64,000 bases of DNA, taken from the NCBI GenBank assembly GCA_963663225.1, contig OY760142.1, positions 3,040,001 to 3,104,000 on the forward strand, in the 5' to 3' direction. The position numbers and the translations under genes were made by a program. The notes beneath the pieces were generated by a model. The model was not told where the DNA came from. It ran no database searches and saw only the letters and a list, made by a program, of their open reading frames with translations. Numbering within the stretch: position 1 is the stretch's first letter; each line of letters opens with the position of its first letter. Positions 19,900-29,315 of the stretch are shown piece by piece. The DNA is from Nitrospirota bacterium. GTDB taxonomy: Bacteria > Nitrospirota > UBA9217.

Positions 19900-19975
19900 A
19901 ACCCCACCCGCCCTCCTCTTCGTAAGGAGAGGAGTTATTTGCTCCCCTCCTTGCCAAGGAGGGGCTGGGGGAGGT
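19900..19975. repeat. REP-like double-hairpin intergenic element
   Basis: CTCCTCTT-CGT-AAGGAGAGGAG and CCCCTCCTT-GCC-AAGGAGGGG hairpins within C-rich/G-rich outer arms. Confidence 0.55.
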
Positions 19976-19999
19976 CATATTCGCATCTCACTCCGCAAT

Positions 20000-22351
20000 C
20001 TACCGCGCTCTGTAATAATACCGGTTCAGATCAAGCAGCCCACCATGCACGGGTTCGTCTTCATAAAAACGCTGCTGGAACCAATCATAAGCGTCCCATA
20101 ACCGCTCATCCGCCCGGTTGATGCCGTATTTGGCTATCCGCTCCATGTCTTTCTTATTTTTCTTGAAATGCGCCAGGAGATCAAAAAAGTCCGGAAGGTC
20201 TTCATCTTTGACATCGACAAAGTAGTTCGGATAGGAGCCGATGAGACCCGGAACAAAATCCGCGCTGTCTTTTGCCGGATTCAGCCGACCGTCCTCACCG
20301 AACATGAACGCGACGTTGTCGTGCCAGCGGTTAATGACAATGGAGCCGACAACATCCTTGCCGTTTTTCACGCGTATTCTTATGTACGCAAGGTTGGCGT
20401 CATGCTCGTTCATCAGGGCAAAGAACGGCGTGCCGGGCTGGGAAAGAGAGGTGAACGCCCGCAGATAATCGTCCTTTGTTTCATATTTTGTCGGAAGCGG
20501 TGGATATGCCGCTCCTGCGGGTAAATAATTTATCGGATCAAAGGCGATTTCCGTTGCTGGCAGGAAGTGCTTTTTCACAAGATACTCCGTGAATTCGCGT
20601 TTCGGATCGCTTGTCGCAAAGTTGATCTTCGATGGAAGAGAAGACGGATAGTAGTGTATCTTCTTGAGATCGTAACCTTTATACCATGCTTTCATGTTTT
20701 CCTGCCGTGTTTCGGGGGGCAGAAAATCCAGGAAGTAGCTCTCCCCTTCAACGCGCAGAGCGTCCATATAAAGCCGAACCGCCATCTGATGTCCGACCGT
20801 TCCGTACACGTCGAATCCGGCGACAAGTGCGTAATAAATGCGTTCAAGAAGCGGATAATCAATGACCCAGAGGGTTTTCGGCAGGTTTCCCAAAACTCCT
20901 TTGTGCACCGAAGCACTGTTGAAATGGCGGTAAACGGTCAGGACCGGCGCATCCGAGGCGCGGCTGCCTTTCCAGATAAACTCATGGCCAAGCCCGCTGT
21001 AGTTGTGTGACATGTAGTAATCCTGCCGGGCCTTGTAGAACTCGACCACCGCCTTTCTATTCTCATCAGTCAGCGCTGAAAAGACGCGCATATCGCTGCC
21101 TTTTTCTATGGGCATTCTCAGTTTGTCGCTGTGCAGTTTCAGAAAACCCGGATACGCCACGCTCAGGTCATGTCCCGGGTCCAGAAACATGATCCAGAAG
21201 TGGTCGTCGATCACGTTCAGGGCGATCTGGCCTTTGCAGACAGGGCCGTGAATAAAGGTCATGATGGTGTAGTGCGCGTTGTCCAGTAGGAATTGGTAGC
21301 GCGAACGTGGCGGGATCTGCTCGAAAGTGACAAAAGGATTCGCGCTCGTTGCGGCATCATACCCCATCAGATGCGGAGTCTGCAGCCATTCCGGTTTGAT
21401 GAAAAGCTCATTGAACCGGTGCAGTTGCGCGTCATCAAGAGAAAAGACCATGTGCGTCTTATGCACAATGGTGGAATGGATCTTTCGGAAACGGTAGTAG
21501 ACCCGCGCGACACTGGGATCGTCATACGGCCGCACCGTGGGTATCAGGTCAATGGGCTGGCCGGGCGGTGTTTTTGACCGGAGCAGCTCATAGAACTCAT
21601 TGGTCGCAGTGCCGAACTTGAGATGGGCAAGAAACAGATGCTCATACAGGTAACGGGCCGTCATGGCATGCTTGGGATCATCCTGATTTAAAAACGCTTC
21701 CCATTTTCGGATGGCGATGGCGTCCTGCGGCTTGGGCGTGGTAAGTTCCGCCTGTTGGGCAGGCGTCGGCCCTTTTGCGCCCTGCACAAGCCAGCCGGCG
21801 ACGATTTCAAATTCCTCCTGTTTGAGCGGCGGAAAACCGTACGGCATGCCGCGGTTCGGGTGTTTCTCCAGATAACCTCCCAGTTCCTTCTGGTTCTCGG
21901 AGCATGTCAGGTCTTCTGACTCGGGATAGTACTCACCTTCGCTCTTCGGGTTCGCAATTTTATGCGACAACAGTTGAATCATGATTGAATCGTTCAACCC
22001 GTTCGAAACCGTGCTCTCGGTAACACTGAAGAATTTTTTCTTGCGCCATTCCTCGGTGGTTTCCGCATCAACAAAAAGACGCGTCGGGTCCATGGAAGTG
22101 AGCCGCGAGGCATTGTACACGGCCCTCTTTGTTGCGCCGCGGTCCGCGCCTTCGTACGAATCAAGCTTCAACTGGCAGGGGGAATTGTAGCAGGAGTGAC
22201 AGACGGTGCAGCGCTTGTCCAGAATGGGTTTTACTTCCTTCAGATAATCGATTGTTCTGTTCGGAACTTTTACCTGCACCGGCGGCAGCGCTTTCGCCGC
22301 GCACCCTGCAATAAACACGATCAAAAAAAAAGCCATGACTTTATTCTTCAT
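20000..22351 (-). CDS. cti: Fatty acid cis/trans isomerase (heme c lipoprotein)
   Basis: IAGC lipobox; RCTVCHSCYNSPCQLKL heme motif; RYLYEHLFLAHL and GPVCKGQIALNVI motifs. Confidence 0.9.
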   Translation of the reverse strand: MKNKVMAFFLIVFIAGCAAKALPPVQVKVPNRTIDYLKEVKPILDKRCTVCHSCYNSPCQLKLDSYEGADRGATKRAVYNASRLTSMDPTRLFVDAETTEEWRKKKFFSVTESTVSNGLNDSIMIQLLSHKIANPKSEGEYYPESEDLTCSENQKELGGYLEKHPNRGMPYGFPPLKQEEFEIVAGWLVQGAKGPTPAQQAELTTPKPQDAIAIRKWEAFLNQDDPKHAMTARYLYEHLFLAHLKFGTATNEFYELLRSKTPPGQPIDLIPTVRPYDDPSVARVYYRFRKIHSTIVHKTHMVFSLDDAQLHRFNELFIKPEWLQTPHLMGYDAATSANPFVTFEQIPPRSRYQFLLDNAHYTIMTFIHGPVCKGQIALNVIDDHFWIMFLDPGHDLSVAYPGFLKLHSDKLRMPIEKGSDMRVFSALTDENRKAVVEFYKARQDYYMSHNYSGLGHEFIWKGSRASDAPVLTVYRHFNSASVHKGVLGNLPKTLWVIDYPLLERIYYALVAGFDVYGTVGHQMAVRLYMDALRVEGESYFLDFLPPETRQENMKAWYKGYDLKKIHYYPSSLPSKINFATSDPKREFTEYLVKKHFLPATEIAFDPINYLPAGAAYPPLPTKYETKDDYLRAFTSLSQPGTPFFALMNEHDANLAYIRIRVKNGKDVVGSIVINRWHDNVAFMFGEDGRLNPAKDSADFVPGLIGSYPNYFVDVKDEDLPDFFDLLAHFKKNKKDMERIAKYGINRADERLWDAYDWFQQRFYEDEPVHGGLLDLNRYYYRAR

Positions 22352-22432
22352 ACTGAGGAAATCTCCTTGAACCAGGAAGTGGCAACAGAGGCATTGCGTT
22401 ATAACAAAAAAGCTATGGGAACGATGACAATC

Positions 22433-23032
22433 TCAACGCGGCTGTTTGAACAAATCGCTCTGCAGTCCTTTTTTCATTATCTTTAAATCTTTTATCAGCC
22501 CGTTTGATATGGAATAGATCCAACCGTGAATATACAGTTTTCTTCCCTGACTCCAGGCTTTCTGCACAAGCGTGTTATTGGCCAGATTTTTGACCTGTTC
22601 TATCACATTCAGCTCGCACATCTGATCGTGCGTTATCTTTCCGTGCTTCGGCATCATCACCTTTACGTTTTCGAGCCAGTGCTCCAGAAGTCCGTTGATC
22701 TTATGGTCCATGACGGCGTCTATGCCGCCGCAACCATAATGGCCGCAGACGATAATATGTTTTACCCGCAATACTTCGATGGCATATTGGAGAACGCACA
22801 TCAGATTCATGTCCGTGTTAATAACCTGGTTCGCTATGTTTCGATGGACGAACACTTCTCCCGGCATCAGACCGGTCACCTGATTTGCCGGTACTCTGCT
22901 GTCGGAGCAGCCGATCCACAGATACTTCGGCGTATGCTGCTTTTCCAGTTTTCTGAAAAAGTTCGGATTCTCCGCCGCTATCTGATCTGCCCAAGCCTTG
23001 TTATTGTTTAATAGCTTAGCGATATCTTTCAT
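22433..23032 (-). CDS. can: Beta-class carbonic anhydrase
   Basis: WIGCSDSRVP, VHRNIAN and GHYGCGG motifs. Confidence 0.93.
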   Translation of the reverse strand: MKDIAKLLNNNKAWADQIAAENPNFFRKLEKQHTPKYLWIGCSDSRVPANQVTGLMPGEVFVHRNIANQVINTDMNLMCVLQYAIEVLRVKHIIVCGHYGCGGIDAVMDHKINGLLEHWLENVKVMMPKHGKITHDQMCELNVIEQVKNLANNTLVQKAWSQGRKLYIHGWIYSISNGLIKDLKIMKKGLQSDLFKQPR

Positions 23033-23088
23033 ACGTGTAGTGTATCCCTTTATTCTGTAGAATAGCGTTGTTCCTGCGAGTAAAGCCC

Positions 23089-24096
23089 TTACAGACGTAT
23101 CTTCATTTCCCGGTCATCAGGAGTTATCCCCGCATTGTATTCAATCACTTTTTGCGGAGCAGCGGGATTGTACATTTTCGCGTAGGAATCGGTCACCAAG
23201 AGATCTTTTGCGCGGTTCACCGTGGCTTTGTCACCCAGTCCTATATTTCGAAGTTCTATGCCATGCCTGGTTATACTGAAAAATCTGAATGCGCAGGGAT
23301 ACGTGACAATGGCCGGGTCCGCCACGTAGGTAATTCTGCCGTCAGTGATCACCCGGGTGGTATGATGATGGCCGGATACGACCAGCCTGACATTCTGAAA
23401 CTGCCTGAGGAGTTCGCGCACCTCTTCATGGTTTTTGACCATCCAGAAGGACCAGTCGGGAGAGGTGTCTCTATCCGTGGTAGGCATCAATAGTTGATGC
23501 GTAAAAATTATAATGAGTTTTTTATTTTGGTTCGACGTCAGCTCGGTTTCCAGCCATCTCAGTCCCTTCTTCGTCGCAAAACCGTACGGTTTGCCGTCCA
23601 CGGTTACATCGAAGCCGATGGCTCTCACTCCCCGCGCAGGATCAAACGCCCACGAAGAACGGCCCGGCCTCAGTCCTTTGTTATACCATATGTTAAGATA
23701 GTCTTCGCGCTTCAGTTTTGATACGCCGCTGATGGGTGAAACCTCGGTGTTGCCGAGCAGTATGTAGTAGGGCATGTTAAGATGATCGGTCCACTGTTGG
23801 AACACGGCGAGGGATTCCTTGTCGCGGGGTCCGTAATGTATCTGGTCCCCGCCAAAGACCACGAAGTTCAGTTTCGGCAGCCGCGCCAGTTGACGAAGCG
23901 CATCGATAAACAGGGTCACGCTTTTTTCCCGGTATTGCCAGCTGTTTTCACCGCGCACATCAAGATGGAGATCGGCGATATGGGCAAAATTAAACGGCTG
24001 AATATCCGCTGCTTCTGCAAAATGAATGAACAGGCCTTCCGAGGCAAGCGCGGCACCGGCAGCCGCAGATCCAAATAGAAATGTACGCCTGTTCAT
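23089..24096 (-). CDS. Tat-exported calcineurin-like metallophosphoesterase (variant motif)
   Basis: MNRRTFL signal; DLH, GGD, GNTE (in place of GNHD/E), HQ and SGHHH motifs. Confidence 0.82.
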   Translation of the reverse strand: MNRRTFLFGSAAAGAALASEGLFIHFAEAADIQPFNFAHIADLHLDVRGENSWQYREKSVTLFIDALRQLARLPKLNFVVFGGDQIHYGPRDKESLAVFQQWTDHLNMPYYILLGNTEVSPISGVSKLKREDYLNIWYNKGLRPGRSSWAFDPARGVRAIGFDVTVDGKPYGFATKKGLRWLETELTSNQNKKLIIIFTHQLLMPTTDRDTSPDWSFWMVKNHEEVRELLRQFQNVRLVVSGHHHTTRVITDGRITYVADPAIVTYPCAFRFFSITRHGIELRNIGLGDKATVNRAKDLLVTDSYAKMYNPAAPQKVIEYNAGITPDDREMKIRL

Positions 24097-24220
24097 GCTG
24101 TCCTCATTCGCGCGGGGGGTAAAACCAGGAGTTTACAATACATTTATTAACTTGACATATTCCCCTGTGCGTGTCAAGTTCAAAAAAAGAAATAAGATCA
24201 ATCGGTTGCAAAAAGTCATG

Positions 24221-24249
24221 TTGAATTTCCAATCCGCCTATGCTATGGT
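24221..24249 (+). promoter_or_regulatory. Putative sigma70 promoter of selA (leaderless geometry)
   Basis: TTGAAT-N17-TATGGT with extended -10 TG; ATG 6 nt downstream; no SD. Confidence 0.6.
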
Positions 24250-24255
24250 ACCCTC

Positions 24256-25668
24256 ATGAAAGAATGGCTTAAGAAATTGCCCGCGGTAGACGAACTTTTG
24301 AAAGACCGCCGAATACAGCAATGGTTGGCTGTCCACCCGCGCATTCTAGTTATTGATGCTATCAGGATGGCGCTTGATTTCAAGCGACAGGAAATTCTTC
24401 GCACCAAAGAACCGGCTTCCGCAGACACTTTTGAGCAAGCTCTTTCGATTCCCACTATTCTTGATGCAACAGAAACCTTCCTCAAAAAACTCGTTGAACC
24501 GAGCCTCCGCCGTGTCATCAATGCCACAGGAGTAGTCGTACACACCAATCTCGGCCGTTCTGTTCTTTCTCAAACAGCCGTAGAACGCATGGTCGAAGCA
24601 GGCCGCGGCTACTCGAATCTGGAATACGATATTGAATCAGGTGAGCGCGGCAAGCGTTTCGTGCATATTGAAAAAACGCTCAGACGTCTTACCGGCGTCG
24701 AGGCCGCAACAGCCGTAAACAACAATGCCGCCGCTGTTTTACTGTGCCTCAACACGCTCGCCCGCGGCAAGGAAGTCATCGTGTCCCGCGGGGAACTGGT
24801 GGAGATCGGCGGCTCATTCCGGGTCCCCGATGTGATGGAACGAAGCGGCGCGACATTGCGCGAAGTGGGAACCACGAACAAAACACACCTCCGGGACTAT
24901 GAACAAGCCATCAATGAAAATACGGGGCTTCTGCTCAAAGTCCATACCAGCAATTACAAAATCGTCGGATTCACAAAGGAAGTCACTCCTGAGGAGCTTT
25001 CAAAACTCGGGAAAAAACACACCCTCCCGGTCATGTGGGACCTCGGCAGCGGCAGTTTCGTGGACCTCGCGCCCTACTGTTCCGTCAGCGAACCCACGAT
25101 ACAGCATGGCGTCGATTCAGGAGTGGATGTGCTCACCTTCAGCGGCGATAAACTGCTGGGTGGACCTCAGGCGGGCCTCATTCTCGGCAAAAATGCTCAT
25201 CTCGATTTAATCAAGTCGAATCCCCTTACCCGGGCGCTCAGGCTGGACAAATTCACCCTTGCCGCGCTTGAGGCAACGCTGAGCGAATATCTCGATCCGG
25301 AAAAAGCCGCCCGGGACATCCCCACGCTGTGGATGCTGACCCAGCCGCTCAGTGAAATAGAAAGGAAGGCCCGTCTTCTTGCAAACGGAATTGCAGACGC
25401 AACGCTGGAAGGACTGAGCGTTGTCATTCAGGACGATGCCTCGCAAAGCGGCGGCGGTGCATTGCCTACGGCAGACTTCCCGACAAAAACCGTTTGTCTC
25501 CGCCATAAGCGTATAAGCGCCAATCAGTTGGAATCGCACCTGCGGCTCGGCAAACCGCACATCATCACCCGCATCAAGGAAGACATGGTCATTTTCGATC
25601 CGCGAACACTGAATGATGAAGAGATCAGCGCTATTGTCGCGGCTATCCAAGCCATGCTCACTCCGTAG
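24256..25668 (+). CDS. selA: L-seryl-tRNA(Sec) selenium transferase
   Basis: VINATGVVVHTNLGR, SRGELVEIGGSFR and FSGDKLLGGPQ (PLP lysine) motifs. Confidence 0.97.
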   Translation: MKEWLKKLPAVDELLKDRRIQQWLAVHPRILVIDAIRMALDFKRQEILRTKEPASADTFEQALSIPTILDATETFLKKLVEPSLRRVINATGVVVHTNLGRSVLSQTAVERMVEAGRGYSNLEYDIESGERGKRFVHIEKTLRRLTGVEAATAVNNNAAAVLLCLNTLARGKEVIVSRGELVEIGGSFRVPDVMERSGATLREVGTTNKTHLRDYEQAINENTGLLLKVHTSNYKIVGFTKEVTPEELSKLGKKHTLPVMWDLGSGSFVDLAPYCSVSEPTIQHGVDSGVDVLTFSGDKLLGGPQAGLILGKNAHLDLIKSNPLTRALRLDKFTLAALEATLSEYLDPEKAARDIPTLWMLTQPLSEIERKARLLANGIADATLEGLSVVIQDDASQSGGGALPTADFPTKTVCLRHKRISANQLESHLRLGKPHIITRIKEDMVIFDPRTLNDEEISAIVAAIQAMLTP

Positions 25669-25698
25669 TTTGTCGGAACTGTTTTCTGAGACCCTGTT

Positions 25699-27594
25699 AT
25701 GAAATACATCATCCTCGGCACTGCCGGACATATCGACCATGGAAAATCCAGCCTCGTAAAGGCCCTTACGGGAACAGATCCCGACCGGCTGAAGGAAGAA
25801 AAAGAACGCGGGATCACTCTTGATCTGGGTTTTGCCTCTCTCGATCTGCCGGGCGGCAACCGTCTCGGCATTGTGGACGTGCCCGGCCATGAAGGCCTTA
25901 TCAAAAACATGCTGGCAGGCGTGGGCGGCATCGACATCGTGATGCTTGTCATCGCGGCCGACGAAGGCATCATGCCCCAGACACGGGAACACCTCGCCAT
26001 CTGCAATCTTCTGCGGGTCAAGCAAGGAATCATCGCCCTCACCAAGATGGACCTGGTCGAGAAGGACTGGCTCGACCTCGTGCAGGAGGAAGTGCGGGAA
26101 TTCGTAAAAGGAACTTTTCTCGCAACTGCGCCGATTGTGCCCGTTTCCTCAAAAAGCGGTGAAAATCTTCCCCTGCTTGTCAAAGAACTCGCCCGACTTG
26201 CAAGTGAGGTGGCCCCAAAATCGTCCGGCGGGATTCTCCGCCTGCCGATCGACCGTGTTTTTACGATGAAGGGGTTCGGGACAGTCGTCACCGGCACGCT
26301 GCTTTCGGGCGCCATCAACGCAGAGCAGGAAGTCGATATCCTTCCAAAGGGCATTACAACAAAAGTGCGCGGCATCCAGTCGCATAACCAGGCGGTAAAG
26401 CAATCGGTCGCGGGCCAGCGGACCGCGGTAAATCTGCAGGGCATTGAAAAGGACCAGATCTCGCGCGGAGATGCCATTGTGAGCGCCGGTTATTTCAAAT
26501 CAACCAAGACGCTCGACGCGACCCTTGAAATGCTTGAGCAGGCCCCCCGCGGTCTTAAAAACGGCGCACGCATCCGTTTTTACAATGCCACCCAGGAAGC
26601 CCTGGGCAGAATCACCATGCTGGGCGCAAGAGATCTTGCGCCCGGACAGGAAGCGTATGTCCAGTTCCGGCTTGAACAGCCCCTCATCATCCAGCACGGT
26701 GACCGGTATGTCCTCCGGTTCTATTCTCCTATGGAAACTCTTGGCGGCGGCATGGTTCTGAATCCGCACACCCGGAGGCATAAGCAGTCGACAATGCAGG
26801 AATCTCTTGCAAAACTGGATATTCTTAAGACAGGAACCATGCAGGACCGGATCGCGCTTTTCGTCTCGGGCAAAGGGCTGGCGGGAATGGAAGAAAATGC
26901 GCTTATCGGTTCTCTGGCGGCGGATAAACAGGAAATTACAACGGCGCTGGCTGCTTTGGGGCAGAAGAAGGTGCTGTTCAGAATCGACAATCTGTATGTG
27001 CACGCTTCCCAAATTCCGCTGCTCGAAAAAAAGATCGCGGATCTCATCGCAAAATATCATAAAGACAATCCGCTTAAACCGGGCATCGACAAGGAAGAAT
27101 TAAAGGGCATGCTCCGCTTGCGGCTGTCTCCGAAAATATTGAACCTTGCGGTTGAAGCCCTCGTGAGCAAAAAGCAGCTCGAATCCGACGGTTCAAAGCT
27201 CAGGCTTCCTTCTTTTAAGGCGGCAAAAGACCAGAGCGCGATGAAAGACAGGATCGTCGAGGCCATAAAAAAAGGCGGTTCACAGCCGCCGACGCGGGAA
27301 GAACTGCCCGCGCTTTTCAACATAACCGAAAAAGATGCAAAGGACCTCCTGAAACTCCTCGCAGAAGAAAACCGTGTCATTCGGATGAATGATTCACTCT
27401 ATCTGCACAGCGATACTCTGGAGAGCATCAGAACCGGCCTCAAAAAGCACCTCGACGAGAAAAAAGAAATCACTATTGCCGAATTCCGAGATCTCGCCAA
27501 AACGTCCCGAAAGTTCGCCGTCCCGATCATGGAGTATTTCGACTCACAAAAGCTGACGCAGCGGATCGGCGACAAGCGGGTATTGCGGGGTTGA
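25699..27594 (+). CDS. selB: Selenocysteine-specific elongation factor
   Basis: GTAGHIDHGKS, EEKERGIT, DVPGH and TKMD motifs; C-terminal winged helix SRKFAVPIMEYFD. Confidence 0.97.
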   Translation: MKYIILGTAGHIDHGKSSLVKALTGTDPDRLKEEKERGITLDLGFASLDLPGGNRLGIVDVPGHEGLIKNMLAGVGGIDIVMLVIAADEGIMPQTREHLAICNLLRVKQGIIALTKMDLVEKDWLDLVQEEVREFVKGTFLATAPIVPVSSKSGENLPLLVKELARLASEVAPKSSGGILRLPIDRVFTMKGFGTVVTGTLLSGAINAEQEVDILPKGITTKVRGIQSHNQAVKQSVAGQRTAVNLQGIEKDQISRGDAIVSAGYFKSTKTLDATLEMLEQAPRGLKNGARIRFYNATQEALGRITMLGARDLAPGQEAYVQFRLEQPLIIQHGDRYVLRFYSPMETLGGGMVLNPHTRRHKQSTMQESLAKLDILKTGTMQDRIALFVSGKGLAGMEENALIGSLAADKQEITTALAALGQKKVLFRIDNLYVHASQIPLLEKKIADLIAKYHKDNPLKPGIDKEELKGMLRLRLSPKILNLAVEALVSKKQLESDGSKLRLPSFKAAKDQSAMKDRIVEAIKKGGSQPPTREELPALFNITEKDAKDLLKLLAEENRVIRMNDSLYLHSDTLESIRTGLKKHLDEKKEITIAEFRDLAKTSRKFAVPIMEYFDSQKLTQRIGDKRVLRG

Positions 27595-27661
27595 TTGGTG
27601 CGCGTCGGACTGAAGACGACCGTTCTCTGCAATCAGCATCTTCCCCTGAAGGAGAACAAGC

Positions 27662-29299
27662 ATGGTTTTTAAAAACGCTGACGAATGCTGGGATGTAATC
27701 AAAAAAGAACTCAAACCTGCCCTTCTGGCCGACATTGAGCACTTTGCGCGCACCAATGAATCGCCCGCCAGGATTGAGTTCGGCACTTCCGGCTGGAGAG
27801 GAATCATCGGGTCCGACTTCACGTTTCATAATCTCCGTATCGTGACCCAGGCTATTATCAATACCCTGAAAAGCGACAATGCATCCGTCAGGCAGGCATT
27901 GGGTGTCCCCGATTTTTCCGTTGTTCAGAAAAAAGGCGTCGTCGTCGGCCATGACAACCGGTTTCTCGGACCTCAGTTTGCGCAAGAAATCATGGACATG
28001 CTGGCTGCTTCTGATATCACGGTGTTCTATTGCGGAGAAACGACGACCCCTCAGATATCAGCTGCCATTGACGTGCTGGGAGCGGCCTGCTCCATCAATA
28101 TCACTCCCTCTCACAATCCGTCGCCGTATGCGGGCTTAAAATTCAACCCCTCGGACGGAGGTCCGGCAGGATCGGAAATCACCAACGTCATCCAGTCGGA
28201 AGCGAACCGGATGATGGATGAGCCGGATAAAAAAACCGCTTCCAAACCTTCTTCTGCGGTTCCGGTGCGAACAAACCCCATCGACACGTATCTTGCGTTT
28301 CTTCGTAAAAGAAAAACGCTTGATCTCGATACAATCCGCAAATTCGTGCATACGTCCGACTGTGTGATTGCGGTTGATCATGTGCATGGAGCGACGCGCG
28401 GAGTGCCTGGCGCGCTGCTGGACCCATCCGGTACTCTGGGGAAGAAGCTGGTTTTTCTCCGAACAAATGACGACTACCTGTTCGGCGGTGTAGCTCCCGA
28501 ACCTTCCGCAAAAAACATGGAAGCCGTGGACGCTCTTCTGAAACAGAGTACGGCAGCATTTAAAATCGGCGCTATCCTGGATCCTGACGGCGACAGGATC
28601 CGGTTTGCGGACCACATCATGCAGATACCCATGAATTATTTCGGTGCAATGGCCCTGCATTTCCTGCATGTACACAAAGGCTTTAAGGGAGCGGTTGTAA
28701 AGTCCGTTGGGACAAGCAATTTTGCCAATGCCATAGCGGAAAAACTCGGGATACCCGTGCGCGAAACCATGGTGGGGTTCAAGAATTTCCGGCCGTATAT
28801 GCTTCCCGGCTCCGCAGACCGGGCCATAGTCGCTTTTGAAGAATCAGACGGAATATCGGGATTTAACCATACGCTCGAAAAAGACGCCCTGTTCGGTCTG
28901 CTTCTGGCAATAGAAATGGTGGCAACCACCGGCAAAAATCTTCATGAATATCTTGAAGATCTTATGAAGGAATTCGGATGCTTTTATCCGGACCGTTCAG
29001 GAATCGAAGTGGCTCGTGAACTTACGGGCAATCCTCTCAAGGAAAAGATTAAGGCCATCCAAAAAAAATATCCGGTAGGCAGCTCCATACAAATCGGTGA
29101 TAAATCGCTTACCGTCAAAAAATTGATCACGATAGATGGTACAAAGATCGTGCTGGAAGACGGTTCATGGCTGATGATAAGGCCATCAGGGACCGAACCT
29201 AAGGTACGGTTTTATGTTGAAGCCAGAAACCCTCTGGAAATAAAAGAACTTCTTTCCACAGCAAAAAAATTAACAATATCAGCAATTGCGGAAAAATGA
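27662..29299 (+). CDS. Phosphoglucomutase/phosphomannomutase family protein
   Basis: FGTSGWRG, TPSHNP, DPDGDR and RPSGTEPK motifs. Confidence 0.93.
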   Translation: MVFKNADECWDVIKKELKPALLADIEHFARTNESPARIEFGTSGWRGIIGSDFTFHNLRIVTQAIINTLKSDNASVRQALGVPDFSVVQKKGVVVGHDNRFLGPQFAQEIMDMLAASDITVFYCGETTTPQISAAIDVLGAACSINITPSHNPSPYAGLKFNPSDGGPAGSEITNVIQSEANRMMDEPDKKTASKPSSAVPVRTNPIDTYLAFLRKRKTLDLDTIRKFVHTSDCVIAVDHVHGATRGVPGALLDPSGTLGKKLVFLRTNDDYLFGGVAPEPSAKNMEAVDALLKQSTAAFKIGAILDPDGDRIRFADHIMQIPMNYFGAMALHFLHVHKGFKGAVVKSVGTSNFANAIAEKLGIPVRETMVGFKNFRPYMLPGSADRAIVAFEESDGISGFNHTLEKDALFGLLLAIEMVATTGKNLHEYLEDLMKEFGCFYPDRSGIEVARELTGNPLKEKIKAIQKKYPVGSSIQIGDKSLTVKKLITIDGTKIVLEDGSWLMIRPSGTEPKVRFYVEARNPLEIKELLSTAKKLTISAIAEK

Positions 29300-29315
29300 T
29301 AAACGAGGCTGGAAA

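Noticed and set aside
24097-27661. tRNA-Sec (selC) near selAB
   Set aside because: No cloverleaf, TCA anticodon arm or T-loop motif found in the flanking intergenic regions.
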